Shown here piece after piece: positions 31,993 to 39,991 of a DNA stretch of 64,000 nucleotides (positions within the stretch are counted from its first letter, which is position 1; every line of letters begins with the position of its first letter). The DNA is from a virus (lineage: Duplodnaviria > Caudoviricetes), in IMG/VR virus record IMGVR_UViG_3300036762_000065, positions 128,001 through 192,000 of that record; one strand, given 5' to 3'. The translations under genes were made by a program, and so were the position numbers. Under the pieces are notes generated by a model, which was not told where the DNA came from, did not search any database, and worked only from the letters and a program-made list of their open reading frames with translations.

Positions 31993-32391
31993 TTATTCGC
32001 CTTGTTTTCTTTTTCCGAGTGTAAATTCAAAACTAACTGTTTTGCCTTCTAGTTGGCTTACTTTGTATTCTATATTTACATAAAAGTTTTGATTCGACCT
32101 ATCTGCGATAACTTCAATTACTGTAAAATTAACTCGGAATTCTAAGTTGCTTTTTAGTACGTTCTCCAACTCTCTTTGTATATTGTCTGCCGTTATGTCG
32201 TCTACAGGGTCGTACAAATATCTATGCAAATTACTGCCGATGTTAGGTCGCCACCATTTAGAGCCTTTCGGAGTTTGAGTTATCATGAGTATATTTTGAT
32301 TTATACTATGCTCATTAAACACGAGTTCCGCATCATTACTTGTTCCTGCGTTTACGCTAATGTCACTGTAAATAATATTACTAATGGCCAT
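31993..32391 (-). CDS. Baseplate wedge subunit, gp25-like
   Basis: YSDI...SI.QNI....TPKG....P..GS.L..YL..P.D...E.RV. Confidence 0.9.
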   Translation of the reverse strand: MAISNIIYSDISVNAGTSNDAELVFNEHSINQNILMITQTPKGSKWWRPNIGSNLHRYLYDPVDDITADNIQRELENVLKSNLEFRVNFTVIEVIADRSNQNFYVNIEYKVSQLEGKTVSFEFTLGKRKQGE

Positions 32392-32392
32392 G

Positions 32393-32707
32393 TTATCCAC
32401 CTGCAAAAGAAGTAAGACTACCCATAGCAGATTTGTCTCCGCAAGTTAAGGTATCTAGGAATCTAAAGGTTTGTAATTGATCTGTGAATGTTGTAAAACT
32501 GCCTACACCGGCTGCTGTTGAGTGCAAACAATGTGGTGCATAAGCATCTGTAATACGAGTTTGCGGTATTTGGTCTGTAAATTTAGTTATGGAACTTACT
32601 ACTGCTGCGGTCGGACACAAGTTGTGTCCAAAGTTCATATCAACACCAAGTCTTGTTTTAGGTGCCTGGTAACCTGCTTTCGTGAAGTATGCTGAAACAC
32701 TAGACAT
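32393..32707 (-). CDS. PAAR-like spike tip protein
   Basis: R.G....H..CP, PHC.H, CGD metal-binding pattern; upstream of gp25-like gene. Confidence 0.7.
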   Translation of the reverse strand: MSSVSAYFTKAGYQAPKTRLGVDMNFGHNLCPTAAVVSSITKFTDQIPQTRITDAYAPHCLHSTAAGVGSFTTFTDQLQTFRFLDTLTCGDKSAMGSLTSFAGG

Positions 32708-32728
32708 AAGTTTCTCCTCTTGTGAATA

Positions 32729-32735
32729 TAAATTA
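32729..32735 (-). promoter_or_regulatory. Candidate phage promoter motif TAATTTA (representative copy)
   Basis: Same 7-mer in sense orientation upstream of starts at 12702, 13679, 26217, 32707, 57735, 33762, 39019 and 43730. Confidence 0.4.
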
Positions 32736-32792
32736 GCTTTATTACTAAGTTAATTACTGTAAATACGTAGTGATACTGACAGGAGATATGCC

Positions 32793-33119
32793 GTGAGTGA
32801 AGACATAAATTTAAGAGAAAAAGTAATTATCAACAGTGTCAGGAAAAGTTCTGAACTACTTGATATAAATATTTATAACAGCCTAATCAATACTATAACA
32901 GAGCTAGAGGAAAGCGTATATAACAACGAAGACACTATAAAGAAACTAACCGAAGAATTAGATAGGTATCGTGAGGTTATCAAGAAGGAGATTGACATCA
33001 GATACAGATGGCAATATGCGACCTCAGGTCTAATTGTTGCATATATAGGTTTCAACGGTTATGTGTACAAAAATGAGATATACAACCTGTTTGTTTATTT
33101 GTTTAAGGTAATGTCATGA
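32793..33119 (+). CDS. Coiled-coil protein with C-terminal hydrophobic segment
   Basis: AGGAG RBS; first gene of the plus-strand block. Confidence 0.65.
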   Translation: MSEDINLREKVIINSVRKSSELLDINIYNSLINTITELEESVYNNEDTIKKLTEELDRYREVIKKEIDIRYRWQYATSGLIVAYIGFNGYVYKNEIYNLFVYLFKVMS

Positions 33120-33406
33120 AAAAACTTATCGACATTGATGTGGAAACTGCGGAAACAAATATAGTTATTGCAACAGAAGACATTGTAAATTGTTTTAAGA
33201 AGGGAGTACTATTAGCCAAAACAAGCTTATTTGAAGAACTGAGTTTTATCGAGGGTTGGGTTTCTATATATGCAGAAACATACGGAAATGGATTGCGTGT
33301 ACAATACTGGTTAGACGATGAAATACTTCCAGACATACCTATGGAGAAAGTAAAAGTATTGAGTAAAAAAGAGTTGATGTCGCTATCTGAAGGACAAGTA
33401 CAATGA
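33116..33406 (+). CDS. Hypothetical protein
   Basis: ATGA coupling on both sides. Confidence 0.65.
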   Translation: MKKLIDIDVETAETNIVIATEDIVNCFKKGVLLAKTSLFEELSFIEGWVSIYAETYGNGLRVQYWLDDEILPDIPMEKVKVLSKKELMSLSEGQVQ

Positions 33407-33723
33407 TTATAAAAACAAAGTTTATGGATAACTTCCCTAAAGATGGAAACCATATAGAGTTGGTAACCGGCTTGCCTTGTCGTATACGACAGGGAGGAGA
33501 TCAATTATACTACACAGATAAAGAAGGGTTGTTACGGACAGCTAGTCGATACAAATGGTGTGTAGTATTCGATGAAGACTTGCTTGAAATAGTACCTGTA
33601 AAAGAATTTAAAGATGTTTACAAAGCACTGGATTATGCAGTGTTCGGATTCGCAAGAGTCCTAACTAAAGCATTTAAAGAATTGGACAACTACGAGAACG
33701 TAACAATCACATATCCTGAATAA
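33403..33723 (+). CDS. Hypothetical protein
   Basis: ATGA coupling. Confidence 0.65.
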   Translation: MIIKTKFMDNFPKDGNHIELVTGLPCRIRQGGDQLYYTDKEGLLRTASRYKWCVVFDEDLLEIVPVKEFKDVYKALDYAVFGFARVLTKAFKELDNYENVTITYPE

Positions 33724-33761
33724 AGAAGTAATTTAACAGTGTATAAACAGGAGATAAAAAT

Positions 33762-34193
33762 ATGAAAATCGTGTTCAAAGCAATTATGTTTCTAATGTGT
33801 TTAAATGCTTATGCAGCAAACGATTACCTAGCAATTGTAAGTAATGTAAGTGCGGAAACAACGGAAATATCACAAGATACGTTATACAACATATTCTTGT
33901 TGTCAGCAAGGCAGTGGGATAACGGTGTTCCTATTATTATTGTTATGTTGCCAGAAGACAATTTACAAACACAGTTATTTGTAGAGGAGTATTTAGGTAT
34001 AAGTGTAGCTAGTTATAGACGGCGTACATCAAACGCTTACGCTACAGGACGTGCTTCGAAACCTATAGTAGTTAGTTCTGAACTTGAGGCTTTGTCCGTT
34101 GTAAACAAAACAAGAGGCGGTGTCTGCTACGTAGAAGGTACGTTGTACATAAACGATGAGAACGACAATCTTGTTAAAATCGTTATAAAATGA
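33762..34193 (+). CDS. Secreted periplasmic-binding-protein-like (phosphate ABC SBP-like) protein
   Basis: Signal peptide (AYA|A); QWDNG.P motif; paralogue of 3043..3483. Confidence 0.7.
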   Translation: MKIVFKAIMFLMCLNAYAANDYLAIVSNVSAETTEISQDTLYNIFLLSARQWDNGVPIIIVMLPEDNLQTQLFVEEYLGISVASYRRRTSNAYATGRASKPIVVSSELEALSVVNKTRGGVCYVEGTLYINDENDNLVKIVIK

Positions 34194-35455
34194 GACACAC
34201 AATGAAAATAATACTAATGTTTCTAATGTTTTGTATATCTGGAGCAAGTGGTGCTTCAGAGTATAGTCGAATTGAAACAGAATACGGAACTTTCAATGTT
34301 CGTGGTAATATAAGCTTTGTTTCTTTCTACAGTCCTGACAATAAATTTAAATCTGACAGTGACTTAGAGCTAGGTGAATCGTATGCCGGTCTAAATATAG
34401 ATTTTATTGCACAACAGTATATAACGGTTAGGTCATATATTACAACAGATGGTTTGAATTACGGATTTTTCGAACTGTCGGATTCTTATGACACTACAAC
34501 TTTAAGCTTACGTGCAGGACGAGTTAATAGACTTAGCACTTTCTTCAGCGGTATGGGCCCTCATGCAGACAACATGAACTTCTTACCTCAAGGAACCACT
34601 ACGAATAGGACAGGAATAGCAATATTCAGATTCGACGGCATACAGTTGGCATTCAACACTTTCTTCTGGAAGAAACACAACCTATCTGTAGAACTATCTT
34701 ACGGAAAGATACTACTTGACCAAGACGATAGTGGAGGACTTAGCGGTTATTCTGTTCATGCGTTGTTCGATCCTACGAGAGTAAACTTTGAAAGCTTACA
34801 TAACGATATGTACGTACCTTCAATAGACATAAGGTATAGTTATGAAAACTTCCAATTGTTTGCAGATATGTTTATTGCAAATCACACAAAAGGAAATCTA
34901 GTAATAGACTATGACATAGACAATTCCATACTTGAATATCAGCTCGGTCTACCTCCAGGTACACTACCTCCAGGAACAACTCCTATAGAGCAACCTGTAC
35001 AAGTAGGATATAGAGACAGTTACGAAAATAATCTGATGGATATAGGAATGGGTTATTCGTTCGATGCTTTTGAGTTACTGTTTATGGGATTCCAAAAATA
35101 TTCAAAAGTAGGTGCTAAGGAAGCTGTTCCTGGAACTTTCATAGACTACGGTATTACTTTGATGGTAAGAGGCAATATAGCAATCTCTACATTAATGTAC
35201 GGAGGATTCACAGGGTATAATGAAGATAATGGACAGGAATTCTTAGCTAAGAGCGGTATAGTTGCTCCTGATTGGGTAGGAGAAGGTAGAGGCATATTTG
35301 TAGGTACTTCTCATGACTTTAATGAACGGTTCCGTATAATAGGAGAAGTTCAGTTTAACAAAGGTGGAAGTTTCTTACATGCGACGTATCAAGACCCTCT
35401 AACTTCAAAAGAGTACTGGAATGTTATTAGCTTTTCAGCACATTACTTTTTCTAG
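34190..35455 (+). CDS. Outer-membrane beta-barrel (porin-like) protein
   Basis: Signal peptide, amphipathic strands, LRAGR and FDG motifs, C-terminal Phe beta-signal (SFSAHYFF). Confidence 0.7.
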   Translation: MRHTMKIILMFLMFCISGASGASEYSRIETEYGTFNVRGNISFVSFYSPDNKFKSDSDLELGESYAGLNIDFIAQQYITVRSYITTDGLNYGFFELSDSYDTTTLSLRAGRVNRLSTFFSGMGPHADNMNFLPQGTTTNRTGIAIFRFDGIQLAFNTFFWKKHNLSVELSYGKILLDQDDSGGLSGYSVHALFDPTRVNFESLHNDMYVPSIDIRYSYENFQLFADMFIANHTKGNLVIDYDIDNSILEYQLGLPPGTLPPGTTPIEQPVQVGYRDSYENNLMDIGMGYSFDAFELLFMGFQKYSKVGAKEAVPGTFIDYGITLMVRGNIAISTLMYGGFTGYNEDNGQEFLAKSGIVAPDWVGEGRGIFVGTSHDFNERFRIIGEVQFNKGGSFLHATYQDPLTSKEYWNVISFSAHYFF

Positions 35456-35464
35456 GAGACAACT

Positions 35465-35893
35465 ATGTATACAGAAGGAACAAACGGAGACAGTTTATTA
35501 TCTGCCAATGATCACAAGCTATGGTCGTTAGTATACCGCTGCCTTTTTGACTATATGACAGTTGTCATATTTAAACACAAAAGTGCAGACATAGTTAAGG
35601 ACTGTCCGGCACGTATAGAATTTTTTGTACAACAAGAAACTCCAAACACAGGAGAGTGTTACAAATTCTTGATTAAAGAACTAGAAAAATTCCGTTTAGA
35701 TAGACAACCACCTAATAAAGCATTCGTGTTAGGCTATCCTGGAACTATAGTAACTGTTAATATGTTTAGCGGTGTTAATTCATATTTAATGGACACTGAA
35801 CTTAATCACTTAACTGCGGAATACATCGACATGTTTAAGAAAGCTAACGTGAAAAAACGCAAAGATCCTACCCTTAAAGTTAAAGAAGAATAG
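35465..35893 (+). CDS. Hypothetical protein
   Basis: AGGAG RBS. Confidence 0.65.
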   Translation: MYTEGTNGDSLLSANDHKLWSLVYRCLFDYMTVVIFKHKSADIVKDCPARIEFFVQQETPNTGECYKFLIKELEKFRLDRQPPNKAFVLGYPGTIVTVNMFSGVNSYLMDTELNHLTAEYIDMFKKANVKKRKDPTLKVKEE

Positions 35894-35895
35894 CA

Positions 35896-36081
35896 ATGCT
35901 ATTCAAAAAGGTACGTAAAGGAAAAGGTCCTAGAACTTGCGACCGTTGCGGTTTTCCTTTAGCAGAAAATGAGATTTATATTAAACACAAAACAAAAATT
36001 AAAAAGTCTCAAATTCATTCTAAAGAAATCTATTCTTACCATAAAGCCTGTTGGAAGATAATAAGGTGTGAAAAAATATGA
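35896..36081 (+). CDS. Small CxxC...HxxC zinc-binding protein
   Basis: CDRC...YHKAC. Confidence 0.65.
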   Translation: MLFKKVRKGKGPRTCDRCGFPLAENEIYIKHKTKIKKSQIHSKEIYSYHKACWKIIRCEKI

Positions 36082-36317
36082 ATATACAAGAACTAGAAGA
36101 ACTTATCCATCCGCTAGCATTACCTGAAAACGTGTTTTTGGAAGTTAAAGCTTATTGGGTATCGTATGACACAGACGGCGAATCCCACACACACGGACCC
36201 AATAAGCTTATTGTTATACGTAAAGACAACAGTATAGATTTTATAGGTAAGAAAGTTAACTCGGCTAATCGTAGAATAGGCGGCATACTTAAGTTTAAAG
36301 AACTAAAAGGCGTATAA
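36078..36317 (+). CDS. Hypothetical protein
   Basis: Coupled between neighbouring genes. Confidence 0.6.
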   Translation: MNIQELEELIHPLALPENVFLEVKAYWVSYDTDGESHTHGPNKLIVIRKDNSIDFIGKKVNSANRRIGGILKFKELKGV

Positions 36318-36318
36318 T

Positions 36319-37194
36319 ATGTACTTAAGCGGCGAACAACAATACCTTAATCTATGTAGAAGAATACTAGATGAGGGCCACATGATACCAAATGAACGGA
36401 CAGGGAAAGGTTGCTTAACAGTAATCAATGCAGACTTCGAGTATGATTGTTCTGCAAATAAGTTCCCTTTGATTACAACACGTAAGGCTTTCTGGCGTTC
36501 AGCAATAGCAGAGCAGCTAGGATACTTAAGAGGCTTCGACAACGCCCAACAGTTTGCAAACTTAGGCTGTAAAACATGGTTTAGTAATGCAAACGAAACG
36601 AGTGCTTGGTTATCTAATAAGCATAGAAAAGGCGATGATGATATAGGTAGAGCGTACGGTGTTCAGTTGCGTGATTGGCGTAATCCTGAAGGTGAGAGAA
36701 TAGATCAACTACAGAAAGTTGTCGATGTTCTACAAACAGGGTATGATAACCGTAGGTTGATTATGACTTATCACAATCCTGGAGAACTAGATAGGGCAGC
36801 ATTAGATAGTTGTATGCACACCCACCATTTCAGTGTACTGGACAACACATTGTATTTAACAAGTTACCAGCGTTCTATTGACGTACCGTTAGGTCTAGTG
36901 TTCAACATGGTGCAAACGGTATTTCTATTGCGTGTGTTTGCACAGATATGCAACTTGAAGTGCGGTAAAGTTTTCCACAAGCTTGTTAACTGCCACATAT
37001 ATGATGATCAAATAGAGTTGATGCGAGATGTTCAGCTGGTACGGGAACCTTACGCAGAACCTACATTCCACATAAGCGAAGATATTAAAACTCTTAAAGA
37101 TTTGGAGACATGGGTAGATCCTCAAAACAAAGATCATTTCTGGGTTGAAGGTTATCAATATCACGAATCTATAAAATATCCTTTCGCCGCATAG
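36319..37194 (+). CDS. thyA: Thymidylate synthase
   Basis: NERTG, FPLITTRK, YG.Q.R, catalytic Cys in AL.SCMH, YQRS.D..LG..FN, HIY. Confidence 0.97.
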   Translation: MYLSGEQQYLNLCRRILDEGHMIPNERTGKGCLTVINADFEYDCSANKFPLITTRKAFWRSAIAEQLGYLRGFDNAQQFANLGCKTWFSNANETSAWLSNKHRKGDDDIGRAYGVQLRDWRNPEGERIDQLQKVVDVLQTGYDNRRLIMTYHNPGELDRAALDSCMHTHHFSVLDNTLYLTSYQRSIDVPLGLVFNMVQTVFLLRVFAQICNLKCGKVFHKLVNCHIYDDQIELMRDVQLVREPYAEPTFHISEDIKTLKDLETWVDPQNKDHFWVEGYQYHESIKYPFAA

Positions 37195-37309
37195 TGTAAA
37201 GTATATTAAAGACTACCCGTGCAGGTAGGAGCTACTCCGATTGTTTTGTTGAGCAATCTTTTGTGAAGGAGCGGTTGAAGTCCGAATCAACTTTTAACAG
37301 ACTGGAGGG

Positions 37310-37522
37310 GTGTGTATGAATCATAACAATCAATACAATATGCTTGAGAAAAAGGAAATAAATAAGAAAAAGGAAGCTGCACTTATACAGGCTCAGGTAG
37401 AAAAGTTTTTAGCAACAGGCGGCTCTATAGTAGAAGTTGCAGCAGCCTCTAACGTAGAAGAGGTTAAAGCAAGCGTGTTGCAAGCGCTAAGGAAGCAAGA
37501 GCTTAATTATGAACACCTGTAA
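37310..37522 (+). CDS. Small protein resembling the SutA RNA-polymerase-binding helix
   Basis: K.KE...I..QVEKFLA.GGSI.EV resembles the SutA core as recalled (KQKERDALAKAMEEFLSRGGKVQEI). Confidence 0.55.
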   Translation: MCMNHNNQYNMLEKKEINKKKEAALIQAQVEKFLATGGSIVEVAAASNVEEVKASVLQALRKQELNYEHL

Positions 37523-37569
37523 GAGGATCGAGGATAGTGCTATATTATATGAACTGAAAAGGAAATATC

Positions 37570-37743
37570 ATGACGACTAATATCATTACCACGATCTTCT
37601 TTGTATTCGCAGTACTCTTCACTACAACAGGGACATTTAAGGTCCAATATGTTATTAAACACAGGCTAGAATACGACGGCTTGCACTGGCACTTAGCTTC
37701 AGTATGTTGGGGCGTTGTGTTTTACTATTTCATATCTAGGTAA
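37570..37743 (+). CDS. Small two-helix membrane protein (57 aa)
   Basis: AAGGA RBS, open frame read manually, two hydrophobic segments. Confidence 0.5.
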   Translation: MTTNIITTIFFVFAVLFTTTGTFKVQYVIKHRLEYDGLHWHLASVCWGVVFYYFISR

Positions 37744-37814
37744 AAAGAAGTAGACCTAAAATGTTGATACGGCACTTAATAAAAATATTTCTGTAGCAAA
37801 ACAGGTGAATAAAA

Positions 37815-38306
37815 ATGAATAAGAAACAAGCATACACAGAAGCACACAAGGCACTGGATAAAATAGATGATTTATTGTACCGTGCAAGACGAAACCACAG
37901 GCTATATATAATTAGAAAAACTATTAAGCAGTGGTCTAAGGACTTTGTACATAATTGTATTGTTCATCCTTTGATGTGCTTTACGACACTAAAAACAGCG
38001 AACAATATCCATGATCGTAACGCACTGTGGGCTTTCGGACTCAATAAACTAGATGAGTTGAAGTTAGAATCTGAAATAGCTCCGGAAGTTATTTATCAAT
38101 ATAGATGGCGTGATCTTAATCCTAACACTGTAACATACTGTCAGTGGTGTGATTGGACTACTTGCAATGAAGAGGAATACAATAACAGGTTGGGGTTAAT
38201 AATAGAGTGTGATGAACTAGGTTGGTACCAGGTACGTACTCTAATAGTATCAGAAACCCACACTGCACAAAGAATAAAGGATTTTGAGCTTGTATCCTTA
38301 AGATGA
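37815..38306 (+). CDS. Hypothetical two-domain protein
   Basis: C-terminal QW.DW..C.E..Y domain shared with 40410..40883. Confidence 0.7.
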   Translation: MNKKQAYTEAHKALDKIDDLLYRARRNHRLYIIRKTIKQWSKDFVHNCIVHPLMCFTTLKTANNIHDRNALWAFGLNKLDELKLESEIAPEVIYQYRWRDLNPNTVTYCQWCDWTTCNEEEYNNRLGLIIECDELGWYQVRTLIVSETHTAQRIKDFELVSLR

Positions 38307-38345
38307 TACTAGATTGTTTCAAGTTTAAAACTAACTACTCAGGGC

Positions 38346-38663
38346 TTGAGAACTATGAAGAGTGAAGGTGTCGTAGATAATGACGAGAAACGACTGGATG
38401 AAGGCAAGTCCGTTCAAGATCGACTTGTTATGCGCGGTAATTGGATTGCCGCAGAAGACAAGTTGCCACCACCCGAAACACCCGTGTTAGCTTTTGTACA
38501 TGGCATAGACATACCCATAGTTTTAGAAATGAGATGGGAAACCTGCAACCCAATGGTTGAACCATATTTTAATGATTTTCTTTATTGGGATAACCCTCAT
38601 GACGATGGGCAAAATTATGAAGACAGGGTATTTGCATGGCAACCACTACCAGAAGACCCTTGA
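38346..38663 (+). CDS. DUF551-like phage protein (domain begins at Met 38430)
   Basis: WI...D.LP.....VL...V.AWQPLPE.P signature. Confidence 0.75.
   Translation: MRTMKSEGVVDNDEKRLDEGKSVQDRLVMRGNWIAAEDKLPPPETPVLAFVHGIDIPIVLEMRWETCNPMVEPYFNDFLYWDNPHDDGQNYEDRVFAWQPLPEDP
38375..38435 (+). repeat. Degenerate attC-like site A
   Basis: Right arm GTCCGTT...TTGTTATGCGC matches sites B-D; left arm (AGATAAT) eroded. Confidence 0.45.
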
Positions 38664-38664
38664 T

Positions 38665-38716
38665 ACACATAACCACAAGCACAACGGCTAGTCCGTTGAT
38701 GAGTAGGGTTAAGTGT
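38665..38716 (+). repeat. attC-like site B
   Basis: ACATAAC-CACAA-GCACAACGG-CTAGT-CCGTTGATGA-GTAGG-GTTAAGT imperfect hairpin just after the stop at 38663. Confidence 0.65.
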
Positions 38717-38996
38717 AAGTTTTGGAAGGTAGGCTTAGAAGCAGCCATCCTTTAAAGAGTGGGGTCTTTGCTCCTTGTGACATGTAACTACCTGGAGCGT
38801 TTTTGTAAGGTAGTGAAAGTTGAACCAACCGCTGACTTTGATCAGAGTTATGTTGGGTAGACAAGTTGCGTGGAGGATAACGCCAAAGAGCTAGTAAGAA
38901 CCTGTGAAATGACATGGGCATAGCGTGAGTTGGAGCGGTAAAAGTCGTACCCAACCTAACAGTCCCTTTAGCGTAACAGCACACCAGAACTTACAC
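38713..38996 (+). ncRNA. Structured RNA mimicking 23S rRNA H43-H44 (L11-binding GTPase centre) with a 210-nt insert
   Basis: GGCTTAGAAGCAGCCATCCTTTAAAGAGT...GCGTAACAGCACACCAG; 13-bp closing stem 38713-38725/38984-38996; compensatory pairs; no credible ORF. Confidence 0.8.
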
Positions 38997-39018
38997 CTAA
39001 TTTAACTAGGAGATAGCC

Positions 39019-39216
39019 ATGTTTTCAGAAGACGATTTGATTAATGTATGCGTCTACCCAGACGGTACACAAAGCCACAAGCCCCTGCCAGAGAAAGGGG
39101 ATGATTATGAATGGAGGCGCACCATTTACTGTGCGAGGTGCAACTCAGTATTGAGATTGCACCCCGAAGAGCCATTCGCTTCATGTGGATGCGGCACAAC
39201 GGAGTGGTACAAATGA
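39019..39216 (+). CDS. Small zinc-ribbon protein
   Basis: AGGAG RBS; CARC...CGCG. Confidence 0.7.
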   Translation: MFSEDDLINVCVYPDGTQSHKPLPEKGDDYEWRRTIYCARCNSVLRLHPEEPFASCGCGTTEWYK

Positions 39217-39590
39217 ATATAACTGATATGACAATAATCGGCGCGTATAACCCTGAGCACACCGGAGCTTTCGCTATGACAGATATGGATAAATACACAA
39301 AGCCAATTTATGACGGACACTACGCCGCAGTGAAAAAGCTGGACGCGAAAGCGTCCGAGTGCTGCGACTTGTTAGTGTGCCCATTTTGCGGCGGAGAGCC
39401 AGAACTTGATACGAGCAGATACTACAAGCCGATTGTTGGTAGCGATGTACATAAGAGCGTTTCGGTTTATTGCACAAGCGAAACCGGCTGCCCTGCAGAG
39501 ATGATGTTTTGTTACGCAGACTTCCCAGATTTTACGGTTGAGCAGCTGGCTGATTTAGCAAAAGAGTTTTGGAACAAGCGAGCACACTAA
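39213..39590 (+). CDS. Lar-family restriction-alleviation-like protein
   Basis: L..CPFCGGE...V.C....C...WNKR; ATGA coupling at 39213; stop lies inside attC-like site C. Confidence 0.7.
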   Translation: MNITDMTIIGAYNPEHTGAFAMTDMDKYTKPIYDGHYAAVKKLDAKASECCDLLVCPFCGGEPELDTSRYYKPIVGSDVHKSVSVYCTSETGCPAEMMFCYADFPDFTVEQLADLAKEFWNKRAH

Positions 39591-39643
39591 CCTTTTGCAC
39601 AGTGGCAAGCGTAGCGCGTCCACTGATGCTAGTTGTTATGCGC
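39585..39643 (+). repeat. attC-like site C
   Basis: CACTAAC-CTTTT-GCACAGTGG-CAAGCGTAGCGCGT-CCACTGATGC-TAGTT-GTTATGC; covaries with site B. Confidence 0.7.
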
Positions 39644-39671
39644 TACATTACCTACAGAGTGAGAAATTAGA

Positions 39672-39968
39672 ATGACTGAACAAGCTATTGAGAAAGAAAT
39701 ACAAGAAAAGAACTTAAACGCACCGCGCTTAACGCCTGACTTGATTGATGCGGCAATTAAAGAAGAGGACTACCACGTTTTTGAAAATACATGCTTAACA
39801 GTGTGTTGCCTGACATTACGCAACGGCTTTACTGTAACGGGTGAAAGCGCGTGTGCAAGCCCTGAAAACTTTGATGCTGAAATAGGTCGAAAGATTGCGC
39901 GTGATAATGCACGCAATAAGATTTGGATGCTTGAAGGCTATTTACTTAAAGAAAGACTAGCGAATTGA
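39672..39968 (+). CDS. N4 gp49 / Sf6 gp66-family protein (putative nucleotide-signal sponge)
   Basis: APRLTP..I...I, T.LTVC.L.L.NGFTV.G.SAC.SPENFDAEIG.KIA..NA..KIW.LEGYLL. Confidence 0.85.
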   Translation: MTEQAIEKEIQEKNLNAPRLTPDLIDAAIKEEDYHVFENTCLTVCCLTLRNGFTVTGESACASPENFDAEIGRKIARDNARNKIWMLEGYLLKERLAN

Positions 39969-39991
39969 TAAAATTGCGCTGCTTACACAGG

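Noticed and set aside
38761-38970. Group I or group II intron within the rRNA-like element
   Set aside because: GACT/AGTC could echo P7, but there is no room for P9. No junction gives both a 5' exon U and a terminal G while restoring the core. There are no GUGYG...AY ends and no domain V.
38709-38984. 91-aa minus-strand ORF over the ncRNA
   Set aside because: Antisense to the whole block, with no RBS or recognisable motif; better explained by the RNA.
38713-38996. Genuine rRNA gene or host contamination
   Set aside because: Only 58 nt match, flanks are phage ORFs, and the closing stem is not rRNA sequence.
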